From Massalongia carnosa (taxonomy: Eukaryota): DNA of 64,000 nucleotides. Positions 22,952 to 34,406 of this stretch are shown piece after piece (position 1 is the stretch's first letter; each line of letters opens with the position of its first letter). Below the pieces are notes generated by a model. The model did not search any database. It saw only the letters and a program-made list of their open reading frames with translations, and was not told where the DNA came from. The position numbers were made by a program, and so were the translations under genes. Location of the stretch: assembly GCA_965645245.1 (NCBI GenBank), contig OZ287072.1:558001-622000 (forward strand), given 5' to 3'.

Positions 22952-25900
22952 TTAGATTACAAGAGAATCCCGAGACTCCCGTACCCCCAAATCCACCCGT
23001 TTCGCCACCTCCGTTCTCTCATCATTATCCTTGCTCAGAGTACGTTTGCCATTGACGTTCTCATTAGGGGGCAAAACGTCACCGCTGCTGGTGGATTCCG
23101 GCGCGGCGGACACGGATGGTGGTGGGTCGGGAATCGCGGGGATGGGAGGCGCATCGGCTCCGCTTGCGGCCTCGTTCGGAGGGTCGGGGCGGGATTGCAT
23201 CAGCGAGGTGGACGGATTGGAGGGCTGCGGCACGGAACCTGAAGTGGAAACAGGCAGGTTGAGCTCGTTAGGCGGCGGAGTGCTCGCGCCAGGGCGGTTT
23301 CCTATCTGTTGCAGTAACTGCACTAAATGCGCCTGCGGACCTTGTTGCTGTGGTGTGGGCGGTGGTTGTGAATGCACATGAGGATTTGGCGTTGTTGAAG
23401 TAGGCTGTTGCTGCTGAGGGATAAAAGAAGTCGTAACGGTAGGAGGAGGGGGTTGAGAATCCTGCGCTTGAGCGACATGAGTTTTTTTGTTAAGATCATC
23501 CAGCATGCGTGAAAGCGCTTGCATGATGGCTTTCTCTTGGGGGTGTTCGTCCTCGGCGGCTTTGGTAGCCGAGGGGAGCTGGGGGTTAAGAGTGCGAGCA
23601 ATGGCGGAGGAGACCAGGGCTTCACGGCGGGGGTTGTCGGACATGGAGTTTATTAGAACAGTTTTAAATTTAGTGATTGCCTGCAGCACTTCGGGGTTGA
23701 TGGCATTAGTAGTGGGGGGGGCGTTGTTGTTTGTATTGGGAGGACGGGACGGGAGAGGATTAAGTGGATGCTGAGAATAGGGGGTTGGGGATGGGGGAGG
23801 ATGAGGAGGGTGGTTCTTTGTATTTAAAGGTGTAGACGCAGGTGGTTGGTGGAAGTTAGGTGTGTAGTATCCATTGTAGCCGTTTGTGTATGGAAACTGA
23901 GGTGACTGAGCAGGTGGAGCAGAGGGAGGAGGTTGAGCAGGGCAAAATGGCTGAGCAGGTTGAGGTTGAGGTTGAGGCTGTGCAGGCAGTTGAGATTGTA
24001 TAGGTGGAGACGATTGGTATGGAGACTGATAGGTAGATGATGTATCTGCTTGAGTGTTGACAAATGGCAGTGCAAGGCCGTGTGGCACAAGGGAATGGGG
24101 AAGAGTGCCAGGAGGTGCAAGCGGCCTCTGACCAGGTGCTACCCCATATGGCGGATGATGCATAGGGGGAATATGACCATTGTGAGGGGACATGCCGGCA
24201 TATTGGTATGGATGTTGCATCATTTGAGGATTTGGTTGATAGTAATGCTGCTGTGGCAATGTAGGAGGCGATGGTCGTCGTTTTTTCTCCTTCTCGATAG
24301 AGATTTCAGGCACAAGACCCCACATCCAGCCCTTACCGTCGCGTTCGATTTTCCGAAAGGCAGCGTGTTGGGAAAGATTATGGCGAACGCTACTCTGCCA
24401 GCCTGTGGTTTGTACCCGAAGCTTGTAGAATGGATACCGTCTTTCAATGGCCCGGTAAATTTGCGGAAGTGACATGGCGCCGGTTTTGGAATTTGTGAGC
24501 GCTTCGTGAATCAGTACCACATAAGACGACTGCGGTTTTGCAAGTTGCTCTGGCGTCATGGTAGACTCGTCGTAGACTGGCGAGGGGGATCTCGGTGGCT
24601 TGGGTGGTTTCTTCTCCTTGGGAGGTTTTGGGGCCACGGTTTGCTCGGGAGGGACAGAATCCGTATGTTCGGTACTTTCTCGAGCACCATTCAACTCCCC
24701 AGGTTGTACGTCTTTGCTTTTTCTCTTGGTATATTTCCTCTTCCCAGTACTAGGTTGCACCAACCCACCCTCAAGGTTTACATCTTTGAGAGCCTTCCCT
24801 TTTGCCGTGTCTGGTGGAGCACCTGATTCCTTGAGTGCTGCAGCTTTGGCTTCTTCCTTGGCTATTCTTATCAGTAGAGCCTGTTCTCTTTTTGAGATGA
24901 CCCCATTTTTCGGAGGTCTGCCTGGACCTCTGCGCTTTGGAATAGGGGGCGCTGGTTCAGGGTTGGGCTCTGGAATCGTAATTGCCTTCAATTTCGGTTT
25001 AGGTTTGGGTTTAGGTTTGGGCTTCATCTTGACCTTACTCTTGGCCTTTGCCTTGGGCTTTCCCCTTATTTTTGGTGGCGGCAGCACTTCAGGTTCTTCT
25101 TCAGCAGAATTATCCTCGATATGTGCCTCCTCAGTTTCGCCACCTCGGCGATGCATTCTTCCATCATCATCCTCCTCCTGCTCCTCCTCCTCGTCGTCGT
25201 CATCATCATCGTTGCTTTCTTCGTCAACATCCTCGTTGCTTTCGTCATCAACGTCCTCACTACTGCTGTCTTCGCTATCAGATGGTATTTGATCACTTTC
25301 TCCCATGCCGTCTTCGAATTCGAAACTCATCATGCCACTTGGAACACGGCTTGAGCGGGTATTTGTTTCAGCTCCAGTCTCCCCCAACGCAACGTCAGGC
25401 AGCAAGAATCGAACGCTCACGCCTCCGATCTGTATCAGATTGCCGCTTTTAAGCGGCTGAACATTTCCTTCCGGTAACCACTGGTCTTCCACAAAAGCCC
25501 CATTCCGACCTATAATGATAACTTCAAACAAACGTTTCTCAAAGTTGAACGCTATCCGTACGTGCCTCCGAGAAATGCTTTTATGGCCCGCATGGATTCC
25601 CTCCGCGACGGCCGGCGGATGAATTGGTATCAAAGGGCAAGCGTCTGGTGGAGGCAATGAATCTATTCCAGACTCACCATCAGGGCCTGTCCACATCGCC
25701 AACGACTGATAATCGGTGTGGACCTTTTGCACCACCATCGAGCCTTTCCTCGACAACTGCTGGGAGGAAGAACTTGTCGACTTGGACTTTTTGCCCTTCG
25801 ACTTCCTTCGCGGCGGCTCCACGTCCTGGCTGCCTGCACCTATAATGCCCCCGCTTTCGCTAATCACGCTACCAGCCAATTGTCGTCCCCCCTCTCGTTG

Positions 25901-26620
25901 AGATTTCTTCGACACCGGCGATAAGTCTCCACCACTATCGCTTGGTCTCCTTCTCCCCGTCTCCGAAAGCTGGCTATCCTCATAGTCTCTTCCATGCGCA
26001 ATACGAGCTGCACTGAGATCCCGTCCAAGCTCAACCGAGTAAGTATTCATATAAAATTCCCCGTCATCGAATTCTAATTTCGCAAACGCCTGGATACGTG
26101 GAGTTACGGAGTCGACGATAGACGGAGACCCAGTAAGACATGGGACATCGTCGACGACAGTGTCATCTGGCTGAGCAATAGTCGAGGATAATCCGTCATG
26201 GCCTGGCATTATGCTATGCCCCTCCTCCTCCTCCTCCTCAGGGTTCCATACATCACTTTCGCCATCACTGAGACCGTCCGCATACATTTCCTCAGCGATA
26301 ATAGCATCCATCTCCGGCCCACTTATTCTCCTCTCAGGCGATTCAGCGGCGACGATGCCATGCCTGTTATGAGCCTTCATCGACGCTATAAAATCCCCTG
26401 CAAAATTTGCCTGAACTGAGCGTGGTACGTCATCTGTCATGTGTTCCGAGAGACTCGAAACCCTCGAGGCTTCTTGCGCAACGAGCTGGAGGGTAGATCG
26501 AGTTGGCGACTCCGACGCAGGCGATGCATCGCTATCTTGGGGGGTTGCCTCTTGCTCCGGCGTTTCTGGTCGGTTGCCCTCATATCCTCTTCGCTGTAGG
26601 CCATCTGACTGATATTCCAT
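22952..26620 (-). CDS. FHL1: FHA + forkhead transcription factor (Fhl1/FhpA-like)
   Basis: IQAFAKLEFDDGEFYMNTYSVELGR and KSISRRHVRIAFNF..GRNGAFV (FHA); KPQSSYVVLIHEAL..GWQSSVRHNLS (forkhead); AT-hook-like RGPGRPPK. First in-frame ATG is 26620; an upstream exon is possible. Confidence 0.88.
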   Translation of the reverse strand: MEYQSDGLQRRGYEGNRPETPEQEATPQDSDASPASESPTRSTLQLVAQEASRVSSLSEHMTDDVPRSVQANFAGDFIASMKAHNRHGIVAAESPERRISGPEMDAIIAEEMYADGLSDGESDVWNPEEEEEEGHSIMPGHDGLSSTIAQPDDTVVDDVPCLTGSPSIVDSVTPRIQAFAKLEFDDGEFYMNTYSVELGRDLSAARIAHGRDYEDSQLSETGRRRPSDSGGDLSPVSKKSQREGGRQLAGSVISESGGIIGAGSQDVEPPRRKSKGKKSKSTSSSSQQLSRKGSMVVQKVHTDYQSLAMWTGPDGESGIDSLPPPDACPLIPIHPPAVAEGIHAGHKSISRRHVRIAFNFEKRLFEVIIIGRNGAFVEDQWLPEGNVQPLKSGNLIQIGGVSVRFLLPDVALGETGAETNTRSSRVPSGMMSFEFEDGMGESDQIPSDSEDSSSEDVDDESNEDVDEESNDDDDDDEEEEQEEDDDGRMHRRGGETEEAHIEDNSAEEEPEVLPPPKIRGKPKAKAKSKVKMKPKPKPKPKPKLKAITIPEPNPEPAPPIPKRRGPGRPPKNGVISKREQALLIRIAKEEAKAAALKESGAPPDTAKGKALKDVNLEGGLVQPSTGKRKYTKRKSKDVQPGELNGARESTEHTDSVPPEQTVAPKPPKEKKPPKPPRSPSPVYDESTMTPEQLAKPQSSYVVLIHEALTNSKTGAMSLPQIYRAIERRYPFYKLRVQTTGWQSSVRHNLSQHAAFRKIERDGKGWMWGLVPEISIEKEKKRRPSPPTLPQQHYYQPNPQMMQHPYQYAGMSPHNGHIPPMHHPPYGVAPGQRPLAPPGTLPHSLVPHGLALPFVNTQADTSSTYQSPYQSSPPIQSQLPAQPQPQPQPAQPFCPAQPPPSAPPAQSPQFPYTNGYNGYYTPNFHQPPASTPLNTKNHPPHPPPSPTPYSQHPLNPLPSRPPNTNNNAPPTTNAINPEVLQAITKFKTVLINSMSDNPRREALVSSAIARTLNPQLPSATKAAEDEHPQEKAIMQALSRMLDDLNKKTHVAQAQDSQPPPPTVTTSFIPQQQQPTSTTPNPHVHSQPPPTPQQQGPQAHLVQLLQQIGNRPGASTPPPNELNLPVSTSGSVPQPSNPSTSLMQSRPDPPNEAASGADAPPIPAIPDPPPSVSAAPESTSSGDVLPPNENVNGKRTLSKDNDERTEVAKRVDLGVRESRDSLVI

Positions 26621-28725
26621 GTCTAGATCCACTTTCGCATCTTTGTTCAACACTCGAACTTCGAAGCGGGGGGTTCGCGACACGGAGGGCGGGGGATTTC
26701 GCAAGCTGGTCAAAGACAAAGGAGGCGTAGATCTGTTGCTGTTTCTTACAAGAAGATACACGTTGATTGATACAATTACAGTTAGAATGATGCCGAAGGG
26801 ATTAGAGGGAACAGAGTCGCCTAAATAAAAAGGTAAGGAGAGGGAGCGGTATCCAGATCAGAGTTCCTTGCAAGGAAGGTGAAGAACGATTAACGATTTA
26901 GTTGATTGGGGGAGAATTCCACGAGCCATTTCACGGTCCGTGCGTCTTTTGCAGGACGGAGAAAATAAGTTCCGTTGTCGTGCGTATTTGGGGGAACGGC
27001 GAGTCTTTGAACCCCTTTTTCGTGTCACTACATGAGCTGATTCTCCTTATTCCATTCGATTGACCGAGTCACTCAAGTCTCATGCCTTTTATTAGACCAA
27101 ACTTTGCCGCATCGTCAGACCTCGAAACGTCTCAGCGCAAATTTGGCGTAATTCCATTCTAGTTTGCCACCTCTGAGATGCAGCTCATGCTGATAACAAT
27201 AAGATTTCCCCTGCCGGATGCCGATTGTGCATGTTCTAGACTACCGGCTGTGTTCATGCTTTCGAGACAATTCCCGCCATGTAAGTTGCAGACATGCAGG
27301 GGAGTGGGACTATACATGTTGAGGCAGGCAAAAGAGGACGATGCACGTGACCACGCGCTCGTTTGGTGATGGATTTGCACGTGAATAGTCCCAAAACCAT
27401 GGGCACCACAGGCACTATCATACGAACGTCAAATAAGGCGTTTTCCGGTCAAAATCATCCTTCTTAAGCTTCATGAGTCTTGGCCCAACACGGAAACCAT
27501 GACGAGATAACGATTACACTGAGGCGTGCAGGTCTCTTTCCACCCTTATCTTCATCTCCTGACAGTTCCCCGTTCCCTGATTGGATGCAAATTACTTCCT
27601 TGCCCCGATAGGCGTTGGTGAGCGCACGCGATCCCAGGTCTATTTCTAGAATGTTGCTATGGAGGACTTAATCCGTCATGGCTTGCGTGCTTGATCGATT
27701 ATCATAGTAGACGGAACTGGGAGGGCGTGCCTTTTTCAGCGTGATGATGATAAAGACTTTCGCTGTAAAATGAGGGTATATCTGCCGTAAAGATCATAGA
27801 TTGAAGATAATTTACTTGAGAGATGGGGAAAGGGTTTAGTTTATGCGTGGTAAAAACTGTTCGATAAATTAATTGAAAACAATACGAGATTCGCACTGCT
27901 CATGATTATTGATTGAGGTTGTGGGTAAGGTGATCCCACTTTACAAAAGGCAATATATTTCAAATCATATCTCTAATCGCCTAGGGAGATTACATATACA
28001 AAACTAAATATATTCAGCTGATTCTTGAACGGAGGATGGGGTGTGGACGTAGAATGTCGAGAGGTGACGAAACTTGGAGGTTACCTTGTAAAAGATTTAG
28101 TGGCAAGGGGAGTTTCCAGAGAGGTCGCCTTTGGACTGGGTGAGTCTGAAACTATGCTAAAGAACAGATATCGTTGCTCTTGGCAACTGCCCTGATACCA
28201 CGGCGAAGACGTGGACTGTGGCTGTCCATCCTGGCGTGCATCGGCAACGTAATTTAACAAAAACTACCAATGCTTGCACCATTTCGCTAATGATTGTCGT
28301 TGTAAGCAGGTATCTCGCTGAGTCGTGGTGGCCCAACTGAGACACATGGAGAAAATAATATGGCTGTCTTTAGGGTTGAACCAAGAGCAGGAGCACGTTC
28401 CACGCTTGGGTGAGGGAGGAGATTTAACGACTAGTTAGTGAACGTTTTCCAATGCTAGGACCCCTCTTGATTTGCAGGATGTATTGTCTCCTTCGTTTAG
28501 AAGCTGATACTTGGACAGCCGAGTAGAATTAAGATGTAGTGTTGTTCGAAGCCTGCCCATTTTATGATTCCTAGTCCACATCGGAGCGTCGAGATCGATG
28601 GTGGCATAGCGACGAGTGGTAGCGCAGCTCATGATGAGCTACATGAAACGTTTATAGCGTGTCAATAACCGAAAGCTTCAAAATTTTGCTCAAACTTCGT
28701 CCGAATTAAGAAAAGTAGACTCGCT

Positions 28726-30324
28726 TCAGGGGAAAGCGGGCCTGTAAATGAATTCGCCAGATCCTGATCCTTGGAGTTGTCGTTTACGCTTCTTCACATC
28801 AATGTCACATATCGCCTGAAAAACGATTAGCCTCTCATAGCTATTCAGAAGTCGATCAAGCCTAGCCTTTCGTCGTCGTCTGAAATCGCTGTGCAAATCA
28901 ATCCAGTGCTTTCGACCACGACATCTTACGCTTTCTTCTGCTGTTGGATTGTCCGGGCACGGCGGTACTTTTGTGTCCACAGCCTGCGGTGGCGCCTCAA
29001 TCCATGGCTAAAATCTTGTTAGTAAAGTCACTGTAATGAAGCTACGACTATTTTGTGAAATAGAACTAGGACCAGCAGGATTGGAGAGCTGCAGTCAAGT
29101 CTGGACCCAGAAATCTTGGCAGATTGCTGAAGCGTTAAAAGTCCAACTATTAGGAGCAGAAGTTTACATTGGCTAATCCTATTCATCAATCGGGGAAAAA
29201 CTAACCTTAGGTAGTGGCCAGTCCGAGAAATGTATTAACTTCACTTCTTTCATCGCCGCATCAGGGTCCCATAACTCCTCAGCATTGCCAAGATATCTCG
29301 CGTGATCGAGTTCGTAGAGTTCAGATGTAATCATTGTATAAGGCCGATGAGGTAGAATTAGTGCGTGATCTTGATACAACGTGTTCAAAATTTCCATATC
29401 ATAATCGTTTGCTTTTGCCGCTGCGATAGCTTGTACTATTCGATGGAACTCAAATTTAGAAGGCTGGGCAACAAATACTGCTGAGCACAACGTCCGATTC
29501 TCGAATCCCAACCAATAGGCTCGAGGCATAGCAACAGGAGTCGGAGGTAGCATGAAGAGCTCGTCCATCGACTATAGGCAAGTTAGTAAGCGGACACAAT
29601 ATCTAGAGGGCAGACGTAGGGAGGTTGATAAAGATAGTGAGCGACAGACCTGAAGCACAGTGGCGTCAGAATCTAGATGAATGACACGTTCATATTCCGT
29701 CTGATTAAAGGCAAGTAACTTTGTTAAGCTGTCGGTCCAAGTGGCTGCGCTGCGATTAATCTCATGAACAGCTAATTTTCCCGAAAAAGATTCATAGTTT
29801 TGCTTACGATCACCATTAACACTACGCTGCACCTTAATAGGTTTCAGCTTGACGTTGTACTCATCATGAGCCTTCCTCAAAAGCGCTCCCACCAAGGAGT
29901 TTTCTGTGCCCCCATCGACAAGATACTCCGAGGGGTACATGAGCAGCCGCTCGGCCTTACTGTCATAACGATGTAGTAACTCGAACATCATCACCGAGCT
30001 ACAAAGATAGGTGGGATTTGTGGCATATTGTGTATATGCAAACCGAGACCAATTTGTATTAGTATGAGTAGCATTCGAAGCAACGATGTCCGAGGAGCCG
30101 ATTGACCGTGACAAAGCGCCATTTTCAAGGTGTATGGCAGTCAGGGTGAGCAGCCAAATGATCAGGGCAGACGTTGCTAGCACTCGGACCCGTTTCGAAC
30201 GAAAAACATTGTCTAGATGGAGCCTGTTTATGGTCGACGAGCTATTAGCCGCAGTACTGCGTTTACACTGCGTATCGAGCTTTGCAAATGCGGACCGTAC
30301 AGGAGCTGGCAAATAAAGAAACAT
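28726..30324 (-). CDS. Glycosyltransferase family 8, Gnt1-like type II membrane protein
   Basis: TM anchor, WSRFAYTQYATNPTYLC, TKLLAFNQTEYERVIHLDSD (DxD), YDMEILN and HFSDWPLPKPW. Introns 29745-29807, ~29572-29649, 29008-29205 and probably 28816-28866. Confidence 0.9.
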
Positions 30325-30662
30325 TGGGATGTTATGAATGAGAGGAAGCTGTCCCAAGAAATATGGCGACAGATCTACAGAGTAGGTAGATGATGTATGA
30401 CATCTTGTTTGCAGGAGATGCGGCACAGGAAGCTCGAAAGCTGCAATTATCCAGCTACTACTCATTAACAAAGTGAATATAAATCATTAATCGTTGGCTA
30501 GTCTCTCGCTTATTCTACCTCGGCCGACTCGAGGCGTTCGCCTCTAGTCGGGGAAAGCAAAGTTCGTCTTTTCAACTTTTATACGCAAAAATTAATCAAA
30601 TAACGATGGGAATTTTTTTCTACAAAGATCAAGCATGAAAAATGTTATAATAGTAAGTTATA

Positions 30663-31825
30663 CTAATAATAACCCAACTGCTCCTGAACATCATCCTCGT
30701 CGCTGTCGTCGACATCGTCGCCTGCTTCCTCTTCTATTTCAAAGGCAACGAAGTCTTTTTGTAGACGAATAGAATCACCTTCACCTATAAATCGTAGGTT
30801 TTGATCACCTACAATATCCATGATAAAGATAGTCTCTGTCTCTTCCTGTTCATCATTGAATATATGAGTATCTTTTACTCCTTTCTTCGTCTTTTTTTGG
30901 TCTCTTCCGTCTGCCAAGTAATGTCGCTCGCCTTCCAAATAGCCTCAGGATCATCAATGGGATTCAACATTTCATCTGATATGCTAACTCCCTGTTTTGC
31001 GAGGTCTTTAACATGTTTTATTCTGATCTTTTCATTCTTTCGAGCGATAACACCTTCCGCGTGTACACTATCTCTTTTCATTCGCCATATTCTCATGAAG
31101 TTGTTGTGTTCTCGTTTCTTTTCTATCTGCTCATCTTTTTGCTGTCTTTCAGCAATTGCTCGTTGCGCATCCTCCTTCGTGAGTCCTAATCCTCCGTCTG
31201 TCGAGTAATTAGGTCTTAATCACTTGCGAGAAGTTGCTCTTTATAGTAATTCATTGCTTCTTCGCTCATGATGAAGTGATAATTCGAAGTTCGTAAGCGT
31301 CGATTTGGCAACAACTTCCTTCGTATTACTCACGAATTCCTCTAACTCCTGTTCCCGGACTGGATCACTCCATTGTGTATTATCGCGAATTTTGGGTAGC
31401 CATTCAAGTAATCCTCTTTCAACATCATCAAACGTTTTAGGTTGAATTCGTGGCAATGTTGGGAGAGATGATGTTGAAAAAGAAGAAGAGTTATTCTCAC
31501 TTTGCGAAGGTATAAACCTCTTTAGCTGTTCAGTGCATTTCTTCTCATTAATAGGCCACATTCCCGATTTTTCAAAGGCAGATTGAATAGTGGATTTCTT
31601 GAATATGTTATCTCGTATTTTGGTGAGATCTTGACAAAATCGAGTTATTGTATACTCTACATTGAACTCCGCAATCGCATCTTGAATGGCCACATCATGC
31701 CAATGTTCATAAGGTTGAAACACTCCTACATCAAGCGGTTGCATACAATGCGTCAAGTGTGGTATCAAAGGATAAGGACGAATCCAGTTTTCATTGGCAA
31801 GCTTGATGAATTCAGGAGTAACATG
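30663..31825 (-). mobile_element. pogo/Fot1-type transposase fragment B (C-terminal half, degenerate)
   Basis: HVTPEFIKLA..LIPHLTHCMQPLDVGVFQPY and TIQSAFEKSGMWP, with a charged C-terminus broken by stops and frameshifts. Confidence 0.85.
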
Positions 31826-33287
31826 TTGCTAGTTTCTCGCTTGCTCGAATCATCAAATCCAGTCCTGCAGCTATGTCGGTCGTTTCGGATCGAATCGCTT
31901 TGACTGCTCTTCGTAGACCTCGTACGGGGCCCGGAGTCTTTTTCTTAGATTCGCTATCGCTTTGAATTGGTGATGGAGTCTTCCTTTTGAGCTGGTTTAT
32001 AACATTTTCGGGGCATAGTGGGTAAACCGCAGTGGCAGCGAAAGCTGAGCGTATATTTTCGAAGCTTAGGGCTGTTTTCCATGCCGTACGGAACATAGAC
32101 CAAAAGCTACGCTTAGTAACTCGAGAGAAGCCCTGGCTCGACTGGATCAAATGGTCAATTTGGTTCGAATAGGCGGTAGAGAGCGGTGAGAAGATTCCAA
32201 CATCCAGGGGCTGTAACCGATGTGTAGAATGCGGGGGCAAAATAGCTAGAATAATCCCATGATTATCGCATAACTCGATAAACTTCATGTTTACATGGCT
32301 CGAATGACCATCCATAATCAATAGACGCCTAGCGTTGCGCGTAATCGGTTCGAAAAGCTTTGAAAGCCAGGAAAGCCCCAGTTCTTCATTGGTCCAGCCC
32401 TTTTTGGATACAGCAAAGTAAGCTTCATCTGATGAGCAGTCGTAATCTTCGAGCCAGGTATCTTGTAGATCGTACGAATCCCCCTGATAGATCAAAGCTG
32501 GTGTTAGAGCGCTACCGTCGGCGCAAATCGTAGGCAAAAGGGAGATGAACTCGCGAGATCCGTCCTGACTCGAACCGAGCGTCTTTTTGCTTCGAAGGTG
32601 ATCAATCGGTACGATACGCTTCATAGTACGACATATACCCATTAGGAAGCCTTTTCCATCGAAGTTGTATATGTTCGAGGGCTTGATGTGGTATTTTTCG
32701 ATCTTCTCCTGGAGCTAGGGGGTCTAGGGTCAGTTCAGCGGCATAAGCATAGGTTATAGGGAAATGAGGGGAAATGGGCCAGTACGACTGCAAAGTAATG
32801 TTCAAAATGCTTAGAATTATCCGCAATATGCCTAGATTGGTCGATATTGCGTAGATATACGCTTGTAAGCTCATTTTCGTAGCGCTCTAGAAATCGATAG
32901 ACCCAGCACTTCCCGATGTGCTTTCTCACGAACTTCACAACCAGATTTTCGAGTATTTGAGGAGTGGGATGAATACCCCGGTCCGAAAGCTTTCGAATAT
33001 GCTCAATGAGGACCGCTTCTTGAGCATTGGTCAGTAGCTTATGATGTCTAGAGTGAGCTTCGGCGCTCGAGACGGTTTCGCCTTTGAAGCGACGCGTTAA
33101 GGTCAAACGAGGTACGCTATGCTTTTTAGCAGTAGCAGCAAAATTAGGAGCTTTCTGGGATTTTAAATCAATAATCGCTTCCTGAATAGCTGCTTCGCTG
33201 ACCATTTTAGACCAATTGGAATATTGTGGTTTGATTTTGATGGGTGTGATCATCCGGTGATAAAGTTCATCCGGTGATAAGATACGT
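31826..33287 (-). mobile_element. pogo/Fot1-type transposon A (5' TIR plus 3'-truncated transposase with an intron)
   Basis: TA|ACGTATCTTATCACCGGATG end at 33287 with an internal direct repeat. ATG 33205; HTH/CENP-B region; intron 32715-32785; YNFDGKGF, KGWT, LLIMDGHSSH and LPPHSTHRLQPLDVG. Confidence 0.92.
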
Positions 33288-33291
33288 TACA

Positions 33292-33688
33292 TTGCCTCAG
33301 TACCTCAGACGTGCGTGGCTCTAGGAGCCGTCTAAGCCCCTCCGGGTTAGCCTATTTAGCTAAGCTCCTTCGGATTAGCGTCCCAGCTGACTAACGTGGC
33401 TGCGATAGATTGAAATTTATAACGAAAAAATCAAAAATACATTGATCATGATCATATCAAGCGACGACGACGTTACAAACATGAAAACAATGAAGTTGTG
33501 ACGTTGTACTATAAGGTCGAAATCGTTCTTGTCATGATCGTTAAGCCATATCTGACCGTAATCTTGAGTTTGGGCTCAGACTTGCTACAGATGTGCTGCG
33601 TAGTCAGCCTGTTAACCCGAAGGGGCTTAACGTTCTGTAAGGCTAACCCGAAGGGGCTTAGCCGGGCACGTCTGAGGTACTGAGGCAA
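33292..33688. mobile_element. 397-bp MITE with 23-bp TIRs and an 8-bp TSD
   Basis: TIR TTGCCTCAGTACCTCAGACGTGC (33292-33314, inverted copy 33666-33688). TSD ACGTTACA at 33284-33291 and 33689-33696. Subterminal CTAAGCCCCTYCGGGTTAG-like repeats at both ends. Confidence 0.93.
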
Positions 33689-34406
33689 ACGTTACAGCAC
33701 TTTACGGGTATGCGGTGCTGTTTCCATATAATACGAGATTACCGGCCACTAGCTGGAGTAACTAGCGGCATGTAAACGATCACTCACACGACTTCACGCT
33801 TTTCTAGCCATCAAAACATATTTTGTCGCTGTGTTTCGTTATTGCGTTGTTTGCTTGTTCTCGCCCGTGCCCGTGTTATGGGGAGAAGTTGCAGGAATCC
33901 AGCTTCTAACCCTTGGCTGTTCCGAAAAGGCGTTATGATGTGTAGAACAGCTGTGCCTCTTGCTGCACCGAGGATTCATCACAATCCCAACAAAAGCGGC
34001 TGCGGCACGACTGAGAAATCTTCAGGCTTTCTTAAGAAGGAAAGGTAGAGTAGCCGGTCATACCATCGTTATACTTTCTGAAACACTCCTACTACAACGT
34101 GCATGAGATGAAGGCCATTTTAGCCTTCTGCTGGGGGTGCTGACGCCCCTGGTGAGTCGGATGGGCTGCAAGACGCCGAGTGATGGCACTATAAGTGGCA
34201 AAGTCAACCTGCCATTTTGATGAGGTTACAGAATTGGCGGGAGGGTGATATGCTCAAGCGTCTACTATCATGTATCCAATCGTGCTTGTTATCCTAGCCA
34301 TTGGCATCCCTCTTCCACTCTTAGAAGTCCTGGCTTGTAGTCTCCTGTCACCTAAGTTGCCTTCTTGGTATCTTTGGCGTTCTTGACGCACCGATCTCAG
34401 GTATCC

